A stretch of DNA of 63,136 bases, counting the filler, from Stramenopiles sp. TOSAG23-3 (taxonomy: Eukaryota), in assembly GCA_900128585.1 (NCBI GenBank). It is 6 parts of 6 records of this genome, joined end to end, with 100 filler letters (N's around TTAATTAATTAA, not from the genome) between each part and the next. Parts side by side here need not be neighbours in the genome. Positions count along the whole stretch, not along the records: positions 29,737 to 44,452 come from LT642548.1; positions 44,553 to 59,246 come from LT642549.1; 4 more parts are not named here. The stretch is one strand, 5' to 3'. Shown here one piece after another: positions 40,401-49,031 of the stretch. The notes below the pieces were generated by a model. It saw nothing but the letters and a program-made list of their open reading frames with translations, did not search any database and was not told the origin of the DNA. The position numbers and the translations under genes are program-made. How positions within the stretch are numbered: position 1 is the first letter of the stretch; each line of letters begins with the position of its first letter.

Positions 40401-43400
40401 TGTATTTTGATGGCGCTCAGAATTTCGAATGCGCGGAAGAGGGTTCGTCTATCGTTCAAGCTGGCCTTGGCGGATTGTCTCCTGCAGTACTGCATCCAGT
40501 GATATTGAATGATTTTCGCCGCATCGATGATTTCTTGCTGTTTTTTTAAATACCTCTCTCGCGTCCGCATGTATGCCCCTTTCGCCAGTGGCCGAAGCCC
40601 ATTAAACCCCGCTGTTGCAACAGAGGCCACTTGCGCAAGTGGGAGAATTGCAGCAGCAGGCCGAAGGCAACCTGGGTCTACATCGGTACACTTCGATATA
40701 TTCAGGAGCTGCAGAGATGGGCAATACTTTGCCATCGACAGGACGGACTTCGAAGTAATGTCCAGAAGATTACCAGCGTTCACGTGAGACAGCAGCGGAA
40801 GACACGGGACAAGATCACAAATGGACACGTCCGTTATCCATTTGCAACACCGAATGTTGAGCCTGGTCAGGTTGGAGCATTTTTGTAAGCATAGCAACCC
40901 CCTATCGTGAATATCGGAGCAGCGAAACAAGTTTAATTCGCGCAAGGAAAGCAGCGGCTCAATGTCTGGGAACGTTAATGAACAGCCTCCCAAGCTGGCC
41001 ATCCCCTCGTCGCTAATTTTTACACACCCAGACACGTTCAATGACGATAGTCTCGTGCAATAGGTCGCGATAGTCGTCAAACTGCTGTCTGTGACATTCC
41101 CGCACCCAGATATATTTAAACTTTGCAGTTTTCGGCAATGTTTTCCGATGGCATGAACAGAGGAATGCCCGACTTGAAACAAACCACACAAGTTCAATTT
41201 CGTCAAATTTTGCATCTTTGAAATAGCACCACCACCTGCATCCGTAATGCTCGCAATGCCGTAAAAAATGTTCAGACCTGAGTTGCTAACGTTGTACCTC
41301 CCCGAGACATTTAGATCTGTCAATGATTTGCTTGCCGGAGAGTTCGCCAAAGCTATGAGTGACCTTTTTGTCAGATGGTCTACTCCAATCAGAACTAGGG
41401 TATTCAACCTCTTGCACTCCCCAAGCGAAGCAACTCCGTAATCTGTGACCTGTTTGCAGTCTTTTATATTCAAACGCTGAAGCCCGGGCCCGGGGTCTCC
41501 TTCAGCACCTTTTTTCTGCAAAAAGTTAACGACTTCGATCTTACCCAAAGAAGCGGCGATCGACATAGCGGTGAGCCCATCCTTTCTAGTCGCATTTATG
41601 TCAATCCCATTTCCGACCAGCAAAACGACAATGTCTAGGTGCCCCAGACGGGCCGCAACGTGTAGCGAATTTTCGCCGGAAGACATGACCTTTCTTTTTA
41701 TTTCACTTTTTCGTTGTATTAAGAACAGTGCCAGGTCCAAGTGGCCATGTTTGCACGCATGGTATAGCGGAAAAGTAAGGTCTCGTTCCTTCAGGTTGAC
41801 ATCGGCTCCATTGTTTAACAGCGTTTCCACTAGTTTGGACTCACCTGCAATAACAGATTTCGTTAGAGTGGTGTATCGAGCACTGCTCTCATTATCCTCC
41901 TCATCGCCCTCCTGATCATCATCTTCCCCCACTGAGTTGCTGCTTTTCCCGTTTAAATATTTCGCCAGGCAGAGGAGAGTTTGGTCGGTTATCAACGAGC
42001 AGTCGGATAGGTTCAATGCGGTTATATTGGTGCACCGGCCAGCCAGTGCTTGGATACCCGTGTCACTTATTTTGCTACAGCCACAGAGATTAAGCTCTAT
42101 CAGACCACTTCCACAGCCCTCTGATATCCAATCTAGACCAGAATCACCAAGCTGCATATTGGAGACGTCAAGAAATCGCAAACATTTAAACGAATTCGGG
42201 CCGTGATGGTGTAACGCAGAAAGTGCGATGTCAGTTGTTCCATGCGCCCCATGAATGTTGAGGTACTCGACATGACCCCGCAGAGACGTTATCAATTGCA
42301 TCATACCTGCATCAGAAACATTTGTGCACCCCGCTACGTTCACTTTCTTCATCTTTGCTGCAAACGGTATTTTCGAATGGCCAGCAATGGCTTGCATCGC
42401 ATAATCACTCACACTATTGCACTGTGCTATTTCCAACGTGTTCAGATGTCGACATCCCATGACCAAGGCTTCTATTCCTGTGCCAGTAATATTCTGGCAC
42501 CCAGAAAGATTGAAATACTCTATTTTCGAGTGTGTCTTTACAAATTTAATTACACCAACGTCCGTAATATTCTGAATATCAGAAATGTCTAAGGACTTGA
42601 TGCTTCTGCAGCCATCCAGAGCTTCCAAACCTTGGTCTGTAACAAGAGTACAGAATTTTATGTGCAACAACGTGATGTTCTTATGGTTTGATTTGGAGTC
42701 TGCCAAAGATTTCAAAAATGCGTCGTTAACGGGCCAGTAAGACAGGTTCAATTCCATCATCGGCACAGTAAACAATAAATCCCTGTACAAAAGTTGTTTG
42801 GGCAAAGCGACCGTGAAAAGCTCTTTCAAAGTGCATTCCTCCCTGACAATATTCATCCGTTGCGAGGGAACAATTCCGTCTGTAATGTCCTCCAAAATGT
42901 CTGTGCTGACATGTCGATCTTCTGGGTTTGCTGTAGATGGGTGATGTATAACGCTGGGTTTAGGATAATTTCCGACCATTTTTCTCCCCTCTTCGACTTT
43001 TTTGGATTCGAAGAGAGGTGAAGAGCCAGGGTTGACGGGGCGTTTGCCCGAACGAAGCGTTTGTATCCTATCAAGTTTTCGCGCGAGCGCTGCTTTTCTC
43101 CTCCTGATGACCGCCTCATCTTTTGTCTCCGCCCGGCCCTTAGGAATATCAAATTTCGATTTACGTGCTCGTCTCTCATTTGGAGCTGTGCTCGGTCTAG
43201 AACTCCTCCGACTGCTTGCAATGCTACCATTATAGTCCAGCGTCCTCCGCGGGGTAGCGTAAGGAGAAGGGACCCCAGAGCCCCTGTTGGACCGGCGACT
43301 TTTAGCAGACTTGGCAGACTTTGGCCGTCGTTTTCGTCCGCTGCCCTTTTCTTTAGTTTTATACGGAGAATCAAAACCGCTCCAAATTTCGGGCAACGGA

Positions 43401-43576
43401 TCGGTTCGTCTCCTCTCCTTCTTCCTGCGGTACACAAAAGCTATGGTAGGGCTTCCGGTCACCTCGTTTTGGGCAAAAACTGCGTTACCATTTGGTCTAC
43501 GGAACTCATTGTCCTTCCCGTAGTCTCTTGGATGGAGCAACGGCTCTCGCCTGCCAAAAGTATTCTTATTTGACAT
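37427..43576 (-). CDS. 2049-aa protein: cysteine-containing LRRs interrupted by ankyrin repeats, many IQ motifs and C-terminal EF-hands
   Basis: Many LNLSGCxxITDxG repeats, ankyrins (PLYHACKHGHLDL, SLHVAARLGHLDIVVLL) and more than 10 IQxxxR motifs. EF loops are MDADYSGTVDLDEF and IDPDGTRHA. Confidence 0.9.
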   Translation of the reverse strand: MSNKNTFGRREPLLHPRDYGKDNEFRRPNGNAVFAQNEVTGSPTIAFVYRRKKERRRTDPLPEIWSGFDSPYKTKEKGSGRKRRPKSAKSAKSRRSNRGSGVPSPYATPRRTLDYNGSIASSRRSSRPSTAPNERRARKSKFDIPKGRAETKDEAVIRRRKAALARKLDRIQTLRSGKRPVNPGSSPLFESKKVEEGRKMVGNYPKPSVIHHPSTANPEDRHVSTDILEDITDGIVPSQRMNIVREECTLKELFTVALPKQLLYRDLLFTVPMMELNLSYWPVNDAFLKSLADSKSNHKNITLLHIKFCTLVTDQGLEALDGCRSIKSLDISDIQNITDVGVIKFVKTHSKIEYFNLSGCQNITGTGIEALVMGCRHLNTLEIAQCNSVSDYAMQAIAGHSKIPFAAKMKKVNVAGCTNVSDAGMMQLITSLRGHVEYLNIHGAHGTTDIALSALHHHGPNSFKCLRFLDVSNMQLGDSGLDWISEGCGSGLIELNLCGCSKISDTGIQALAGRCTNITALNLSDCSLITDQTLLCLAKYLNGKSSNSVGEDDDQEGDEEDNESSARYTTLTKSVIAGESKLVETLLNNGADVNLKERDLTFPLYHACKHGHLDLALFLIQRKSEIKRKVMSSGENSLHVAARLGHLDIVVLLVGNGIDINATRKDGLTAMSIAASLGKIEVVNFLQKKGAEGDPGPGLQRLNIKDCKQVTDYGVASLGECKRLNTLVLIGVDHLTKRSLIALANSPASKSLTDLNVSGRYNVSNSGLNIFYGIASITDAGGGAISKMQNLTKLNLCGLFQVGHSSVHAIGKHCRKLQSLNISGCGNVTDSSLTTIATYCTRLSSLNVSGCVKISDEGMASLGGCSLTFPDIEPLLSLRELNLFRCSDIHDRGLLCLQKCSNLTRLNIRCCKWITDVSICDLVPCLPLLSHVNAGNLLDITSKSVLSMAKYCPSLQLLNISKCTDVDPGCLRPAAAILPLAQVASVATAGFNGLRPLAKGAYMRTRERYLKKQQEIIDAAKIIQYHWMQYCRRQSAKASLNDRRTLFRAFEILSAIKIQSMWRMYRYGKIAAINRREEIRLWNIKLENAVLLVQRTYRGHVGYFKFLGQKNRRVREIEAAIAIQALMRGFLAIRRAREWREALTSACVRVQRSFRCHSGRLHLILAREARLFREGLELEKSLRIQTAWRRYAAIHFVHNRRIKYNYAALRIQTFYRCSSKRRWFAVWRVKLLTAVKKVQNAYRMSDARFHLYLKKKAREFRDKIEKEAATIIQKHARRLLARHELGVRRERRDAATLLQKHYRARLYKRKIRFDKLYERYNKRADDKVKAKAKALYNVWREEERSTPKGRRLDMILRNGAAIIIQRTRRTILWNRNQMAIQRYQQFVKETELATKIQAVMRGFLGKRRFNEFKVAAHAAATRLKRWFTSLKVKWAYRIVLKNREAERRAAALREKRRLIQLAWERRRDALMRKIKHRSAALIQKHWRIHVEYEIRMAAARAALEAKRLEEQRIKEHQEEVAKEALERKTWKGKLKRAKELVSDPEKVRMLVKKAPYIALEKAESVLEKVEAHFDDEKKEQLEQEELKNMIYSIQARQKIMVAQTGVVDLMITVGQTELDNFFDIQKVHMHEEREYFEKVGPDVHHTAYKMSQGQKVHRPKYIQIWQKIGKERTAHILTDVMIVKPPKLHNKHEAELRRLELRKQGFNIVWNPKCKFEIQFRRDGTDLIRGVRTVTDARTRQKIVKQGWQKVEPSFEEFGMDEGCHLFLKHTTPAMTAKQKHAQTEALIPRDAMDVASLSMDGHSRQLLLEQVQFVGYSTDDIEFLRGAFHKMDADYSGTVDLDEFFEYVGELRTTISEHIFKFHDHPVGEKVTGEILDFGMFVKAISHFCLFDIELMARFFWSMIDPDGTRHATAHDVQGLLQMMDRQAPGVLSRNAMKLANTKLNMNPKTMESMVAFKDFYQLCVKMPPFLYPAFKLQHALQRKFLGQKYWEDKKVMMERARAMVKKMRDDGSDPNMQQSKKGDDVLKAGVSRKKRDRSRTKSGFKKK

Positions 43577-44239
43577 TAGTTGTTCCTTCAGGCAAAGGTT
43601 TTCATTTTATCGAAATGGAGCGGATAGCTGATTAAATAAGAAATTGATAGCAGAGCTTGTTTTCAAAACTTTAACGTAGAAGAATTTCCCGATTGACCAC
43701 ACTCGAGCAGGAAAGAAATGACACCAATATAATTGCAGGTTGAGACCGAACTCCTTGTAAATATTTGTTATTTTACCATCCAAGGTATCGTTTTCCAATT
43801 ATTATTACTATTATACTACATACACTGCTGTAGTAAGGTGGTGGGTGGTATTTTTCTTACTTCTTCGTTCGTCAGTATTATTTCGTTCCTTTGTATTTGC
43901 TTATACATGTAATATAATAGACGACAAACAATAAATACGGGATCATTCCTTCTGGTCTGCTACGAGGAGTCTATTCCATTGCAGAATAGTTGCTATGACA
44001 ATTAAATAGTTAGGAAGTTGATAGTATTTTATCGTTGTGCATTATAGTAGACGATAAACTAATTATTATTATTTTCTCCGAAAAAATAACATTGGTGTAG
44101 CAGCATCTCAACAAATAGTTGAACTGCAACGTCCCGCAAAAAAATACTTCATTTTTTCAGCGAAGAATTGGGGTATATATGATAGGGGTACTGTCCGCAG
44201 GACTACAAAATATTCGTACTGTACAACCTGTTCCTCCAG

Positions 44240-44452
44240 TTATTGTGCTGTGGCTCGCTGCTCTGCTTTTTTCTTTCTCATATTTTCTAAGAAAGCCTTG
44301 TCTCGTGAAGCTTGCTCAGAATCCCGGGCTGCTTTTGCCCTAGCTGCTCTCATGTGGCGCACATACTGTACTAACTCTACCAACATTTCAATATGCAGGT
44401 CTTTCTGATCTTCTTCCATCTTCTCCAGAGCCAATTGCCGTCGCAGGGCCAA
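44240..44452 (-). CDS. C-terminal fragment of a coiled-coil protein (5' part lost at the contig end)
   Basis: Open frame from the spacer edge to a TAA, with a charged helical composition. Confidence 0.55.
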   Translation of the reverse strand: MALRRQLALEKMEEDQKDLHIEMLVELVQYVRHMRAARAKAARDSEQASRDKAFLENMRKKKAEQRATAQ

Positions 44453-44552
44453 NNNNNNNNNNNNNNNNNNNNNNNNNNNNNNNNNNNNNNNNNNNNTTAA
44501 TTAATTAANNNNNNNNNNNNNNNNNNNNNNNNNNNNNNNNNNNNNNNNNNNN
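44453..44552. other. Artificial contig-joining spacer
   Basis: N44-TTAATTAATTAA-N44. Confidence 0.97.
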
Positions 44553-44575
44553 ATTGATTTATCTCTGAGTGAGAT

Positions 44576-44639
44576 ATCGGATGAGGAAGTTGATTACGGT
44601 TCATCTGCAAGCATTGCCAATTCAGATACCGCTCCGGAT
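44576..44639 (+). repeat. 64-bp dispersed repeat homologous to 31233-31296
   Basis: 48 of 64 identical. It lies in a frame open from the contig edge (44553) to TAA at 44667-44669. Confidence 0.75.
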
Positions 44640-44695
44640 AGTTCATGGACTCCACTTAAAAAAAAATAAAATGATTGACAACCATCAATGAGACG

Positions 44696-44779
44696 AAATT
44701 ACAGAACCAAGTTAGGATTAGGGTACGACGAAGCTAAATTTAATTATTACTTAAATAACAGCCAATTTTTCTTGTTTTT
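44696..44779 (+). mobile_element. T-tailed element copy
   Basis: AAATTACAGAACCAAGTTAGGATTAGGGTACGACGAAGCTAAATTTAATT(ATT)ACTTAAATAACAGCCAATTTTTTCTTGTTTTT aligns with the reverse complement of 7491-7569. Confidence 0.82.
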
Positions 44780-44888
44780 AATAAAACTTGTACGAAAACT
44801 TAACAAATTCTTAATAAAAGAATACTCAAATTCCCCATCTTGGTAAAAATGAAGATTCTTTCTTTTCCAATGCTATAATTACAACCAG

Positions 44889-46851
44889 TCATCTCCAGAG
44901 GGCTTTCTTTGGCAAATGCAAAACGTCGTTTGCGACAGTCTGTTTTGAAAATACCTGTGCCTGGCTTGTAAGCTCCAAGAGTTCGCCATCTGGGCCAAAA
45001 AAATATACAGACCTCCAATTAACCCTTGGGTCTCGCGAGTTGCCCACGTACCCGCTGGTCACATCGGCATGGTAAACAACTGGGGAAACATAGCCACTTA
45101 GCCCCGAATTCATGATCCGCTTCCTGTATTCTATGATTTTGTCCTGGGGTACATTTAGAGCGACGTGATTCATACTGCCCATTGCACTGGGGTGCTTTTG
45201 TTCCTTCAGCATTTGCCGTTCACTGGGAGACGACACGCCTCGGTGCGCTGCTGGCGCGTCGGGAAAATAGAAAAATGCTAAAGAGTTTCCATCAAGAAGC
45301 TCAAAAAAGAAGTGCTGGCCACCCATTGGAAGCTCGATGGTTTTTGATAATCGCAGCCCCAAAACATGTCCATAAAACCTACATGTAACCTCCATGTCCG
45401 AACACACCATTGCCAGGTGATTAATTCCATTGATAGCCATTGCGTTCGAACCATCATACTTTTTTCTCAGCGCTGCAATCGCCAGTTGACTGTTGGGTAA
45501 GTTCCTTGCACCGGACCGCTCAGAAATCGAGACAAATCCTCGCTCCGCCAACCACTTCAAGATGTACCCACACGACTCTTCCAGTTTCTTGGGCTGCCCA
45601 TTGTAGTAGTGCTTTGCACCTTTGATAGTTTTGTAGCTCTTATCTGAAGAAACACACTTGGCAAAGACACTCTTTGGGTGCTCCACCGGGCAGCCGTCAT
45701 CAGCACCATTTTCCAAGACTAGAACTGGGACTGTGACGTTGGTAATGTGCTCAAGTGCATCAGCATTTGAGTCGTGAAAGCTGAACTGGCTTAGCCACGA
45801 GGCCGCGCTAGAGAATCTTGCCAGGCCGGTTGGCATATCGTTTGCAGTTTCAGGGTCCCCCAGATAGCACCATGGTTTCTCTCTGTCACGGTCGTTTGGA
45901 TCAACGCTGGCGTCGAGCCAGCGAGGATCCGCCATGGTCCCCTCTAAAACGAAGCAAGCCCCCCCATTTCTTTCACTTACCTTTTCTCTCGCCCATTTTG
46001 TAATACGGAGACTTCGCGCAACCTGGGCTTTCCTGAACTCTTCCAAGTAAGCAGTGGAAAAGGGTGGCGAGGGAGAATCCGGCCCGTACAGATTTAAGTG
46101 CTGAAGCGACCTGTCCAGTTCAACATCACGCCGGAACATGAAAATGGACGGGTCTAAACACTCCGTCAAAATTCTCGCCCGACTCGCGTGTGCTGCAAGG
46201 CAAAGCAACGCGTCGGCGGCCGGCAAATCAACGTCTACTAAACTTATTGGGTCTTTCACTCGCATACTAGGCAAAATACTGGCCTGGCTTTGATAAAAAA
46301 CGGACAAAGAGCCACCGCCTGACCACCCTGCCAGTACAACCTTTTTATACCCTAGCTGGTTTCGGGCGTGCAAAATGAACTTACCCAAATCTTTCACGCA
46401 TTTCTCCATCATGAGACTGCTGTCGTTACCACCAGTGTAACGAGAGGAACAAATCAGAACATGGCACCCACTCCGCGCCAGACCAACAGGCATCGAAAGA
46501 GAGTTCACTGGTACATTGAAAAGGAAGCATAAAGTTAGAACGTTGCCGACAAATTAAAAAAGGTGTTGGTTACTTACTCGATGCAGCAGGGTGCATAAAA
46601 ACTAAAACAGTTTCTTGTGTGTCTCTGCTGCTGGACGAAGGCACAAGCAACTCTCCTTCGAGGACAAAAACGCCTGAAACCCCACCATATTTATCCTTGA
46701 CCCCCCCGCCCCCAGATTCCCTCACTGTTATCTTCACAATTCGCCTACTATAAATGAACCGGAAGAGTCTAATTTCTTTCAAACTATTTTCTCGAATCGT
46801 ATTATTCTCTTCCCCTAAGACCATCCGACGATTTAAAAATGCCCGGGACAT
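44889..46851 (-). CDS. Alpha/beta hydrolase-VOC (glyoxalase-fold) fusion; exons 46851-46578 and 46507-44889
   Basis: A 70-nt GTAAGT...CAG intron at 46577-46508 restores FMHPAASMNSLSMP in frame. The nucleophile elbow is GWSGGG, with ADD and GAKHYY triad positions. VOC motifs are GINHLAMV, QHFFFE, MNHVAL and SVYFFGPDGELLE. The start codon is uncertain. Confidence 0.88.
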
Positions 46852-47390
46852 AATGGAACGAAACGAGTTCAAGAGCAATGCAATGTCTGCTAAACTCTTC
46901 CCTTTTCCTTTTGGGATGAAAATTCAAAAAGAAATATCAGGATAATCATTCTGTTCATTTCCTTTTGAAAACATCGTTATTAAAAACAAGAATAAAATAA
47001 TTCTGTTATTATTCTTCTTTTTTTTAAACTTCCTAATGTAATGTGACACCACCTCCTCCTCCTCCTCCTGGCAATATTCTGTTCTGTCTATGTGGCACTA
47101 TGTCCTCGTCGTACAGGAAGATTTCAACACTTCAGCTCTGAAGTAAATAATATGATCCTCAATAGTTGTGTACCGTAGTAGGTACACAGTATGAGGCCAG
47201 AAGAGAATAAAAAAGGTGTTTTGGATTTGTTTCGTACATTGAGTCTAATTGAGTCTGACATGTAAAAATATACATAGAATTACTTCTTCTCTTTTCATGG
47301 TTTACTACGAAATGATATGCTTGTTAGAATATAATCACAGAATAAGGAATCTTTACTAAACATATTTTTTCACCTGACGTACGAACGAAA

Positions 47391-48290
47391 ATGGCTTCCT
47401 TGGCACAAGATACGGCAGCGGATGAGCTGGCCACTGATATGGAAAACCTGAGTACGGACGCTGGCCATGGTCACTCGCACGGTGGCAAGCCTTGCGGCCA
47501 TTCGCATGCTCCTCCTCCAAAGCCGAAGCAAGAGACGCCGCATGGTCACTCACACAATGGCGAGCCATGTCACGGCCACGGGCACTCCCACGGGGATCGG
47601 GTCTTTAGCGTCTTTCCTGACGAGAAGCGAGACGACGTTCAAAAGTGGTTGGTGTGGGCAACGGAGCGCTTAAAGAGCGAAGACTTGATGAAGGAGATTG
47701 CAAAAGAGTGCGAGGGCAAAACGGAGACGGACGATCGAGTCCTCGTCATCCAGGGCAAATTCAAAGAAGAATACGACGCCGAGTGGAAGAAGCTTGTGGA
47801 GACAGAACTGGAGGTTTCCGCCGAGGAGCGGCTCGTAGCGGCTTTGGAAAACTTCGTCAACGGCCAACAAGACCGCGAGCTGTATACCCTCTACCAAGAG
47901 TTTAGGACGAGCGAAGAGGAAGTGTTTATGGTATCACTTCATGGGAAAGACGAATACGACGCATTGCAAAAAAAAGAGGAGGAAATTGAAAGTTATGCGA
48001 AGAAGACTCGAGAGGTTTACGCCAAAATTGCCATTGGCGAAGACGGAATCAAGAAATTGAACGACATGGCGAAAAAGATACTCCCAGAGGTTGACGCATT
48101 TCAGTTGAAAATGCAAGAAATGTCACCAGACGAACGGTCTAGTTTCACCGCTAACATGAGCCTGGATGACGTCAAACCTATGGTGCAGTTCAGGACGATC
48201 CAAACGTTGCTTGGCCAGCTTTCTGGGGCTGGCGCACACGGCCACACCCATGGAGGAAAACCCTGTGGAGGCCATGGTCATTCCCATTGA
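47391..48290 (+). CDS. Helical protein with His/Cys-rich HGHSHGGKPC motifs at both termini (299 aa)
   Basis: GHGHSHGGKPCGHSH and HGHSHNGEPCHGHGHSHG near the N-terminus, and HGHTHGGKPCGGHGHSH at the C-terminus. Confidence 0.85.
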   Translation: MASLAQDTAADELATDMENLSTDAGHGHSHGGKPCGHSHAPPPKPKQETPHGHSHNGEPCHGHGHSHGDRVFSVFPDEKRDDVQKWLVWATERLKSEDLMKEIAKECEGKTETDDRVLVIQGKFKEEYDAEWKKLVETELEVSAEERLVAALENFVNGQQDRELYTLYQEFRTSEEEVFMVSLHGKDEYDALQKKEEEIESYAKKTREVYAKIAIGEDGIKKLNDMAKKILPEVDAFQLKMQEMSPDERSSFTANMSLDDVKPMVQFRTIQTLLGQLSGAGAHGHTHGGKPCGGHGHSH

Positions 48291-48339
48291 TCTTTTGTCA
48301 AGTTGACTGATCGGCAACAAGGACAATCTGGACTCCGGA

Positions 48340-48582
48340 TATGCGCATGCGAAAAGAGGTAAAACCTTTTATTGGACCAAAGTGTTTTACATGGCGGAGG
48401 CATATTTAGAAACAGTTGTGGTGCGAAAAAAAATTAAGAATTAAGTCGAAAGAATATGCACGTACGAAAAAAAAGCAAAACCTTTCATTGGACCAAAGAG
48501 TTTTACAATGGTGCCGGCATATTCGAAAGTCTCAATTTTACTCCGTAAAAGTAAAACCTTTTATTGGACCAAAGTGTTTTAC
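48340..48582. repeat. Three copies of a 32-bp hairpin repeat GTAAAACCTTTTATTGGACCAAAGTGTTTTAC
   Basis: Copies at 48359-48390, 48475-48506 (3 mismatches) and 48551-48582, with GTAAAAC/GTTTTAC and CTTT/AAAG arms. Confidence 0.9.
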
Positions 48583-48690
48583 ACGGGGGCTCAAATTTAA
48601 AATTTTTAATTAAAATGTTTTTCGTGCAATATTTTTAAAAAGCAAAAAAAATATCTCTTTAAGACAAATTTAGTTTGGAGTTTTTAAATC

Positions 48691-48956
48691 TAAAATAACA
48701 GAGCGAGCCAATTTTTGAGTTTTCAGTTCGCAGTACATTTAACTAATATAATTTGTTTTTCTAATTCAAGAAAATTGGCTGTTATTTTAAACAAGAAAAT
48801 TGGCTGTTAATTTAAGTAATTAAAATTAATGTACTGCGAACTGAAATCTAGATTTAGACATTCTAGGTTTGCATTCTTTCATGAACTGCGAACTTATCTT
48901 TGCTCTTTTGGTTAATTTTAATTTTACTCAAATAACAGCCAATTTTCTTGTTTTTA
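48691..48956. mobile_element. Cluster of at least four T-tailed element ends in both orientations
   Basis: 48789-48809 and 48933-48953 form a perfect 21-bp inverted pair. There is a doubled end at 48767, and 48721-48739 is inverted relative to 48828-48846. Confidence 0.8.
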
Positions 48957-49031
48957 AAGAATGAGTTACAGAATTTTTTTAAATCTAAAGTTGAGTTTGA
49001 GTTTTGATTTTTTGTTTTGTAAAATTAGAGC

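Noticed and set aside
48359-48582. CRISPR array (32-bp palindromic repeats x3)
   Set aside because: The gaps are 84 and 44 bp and partly homologous to each other, there are no cas genes, the context is eukaryotic, and the core is related to the interspersed element.
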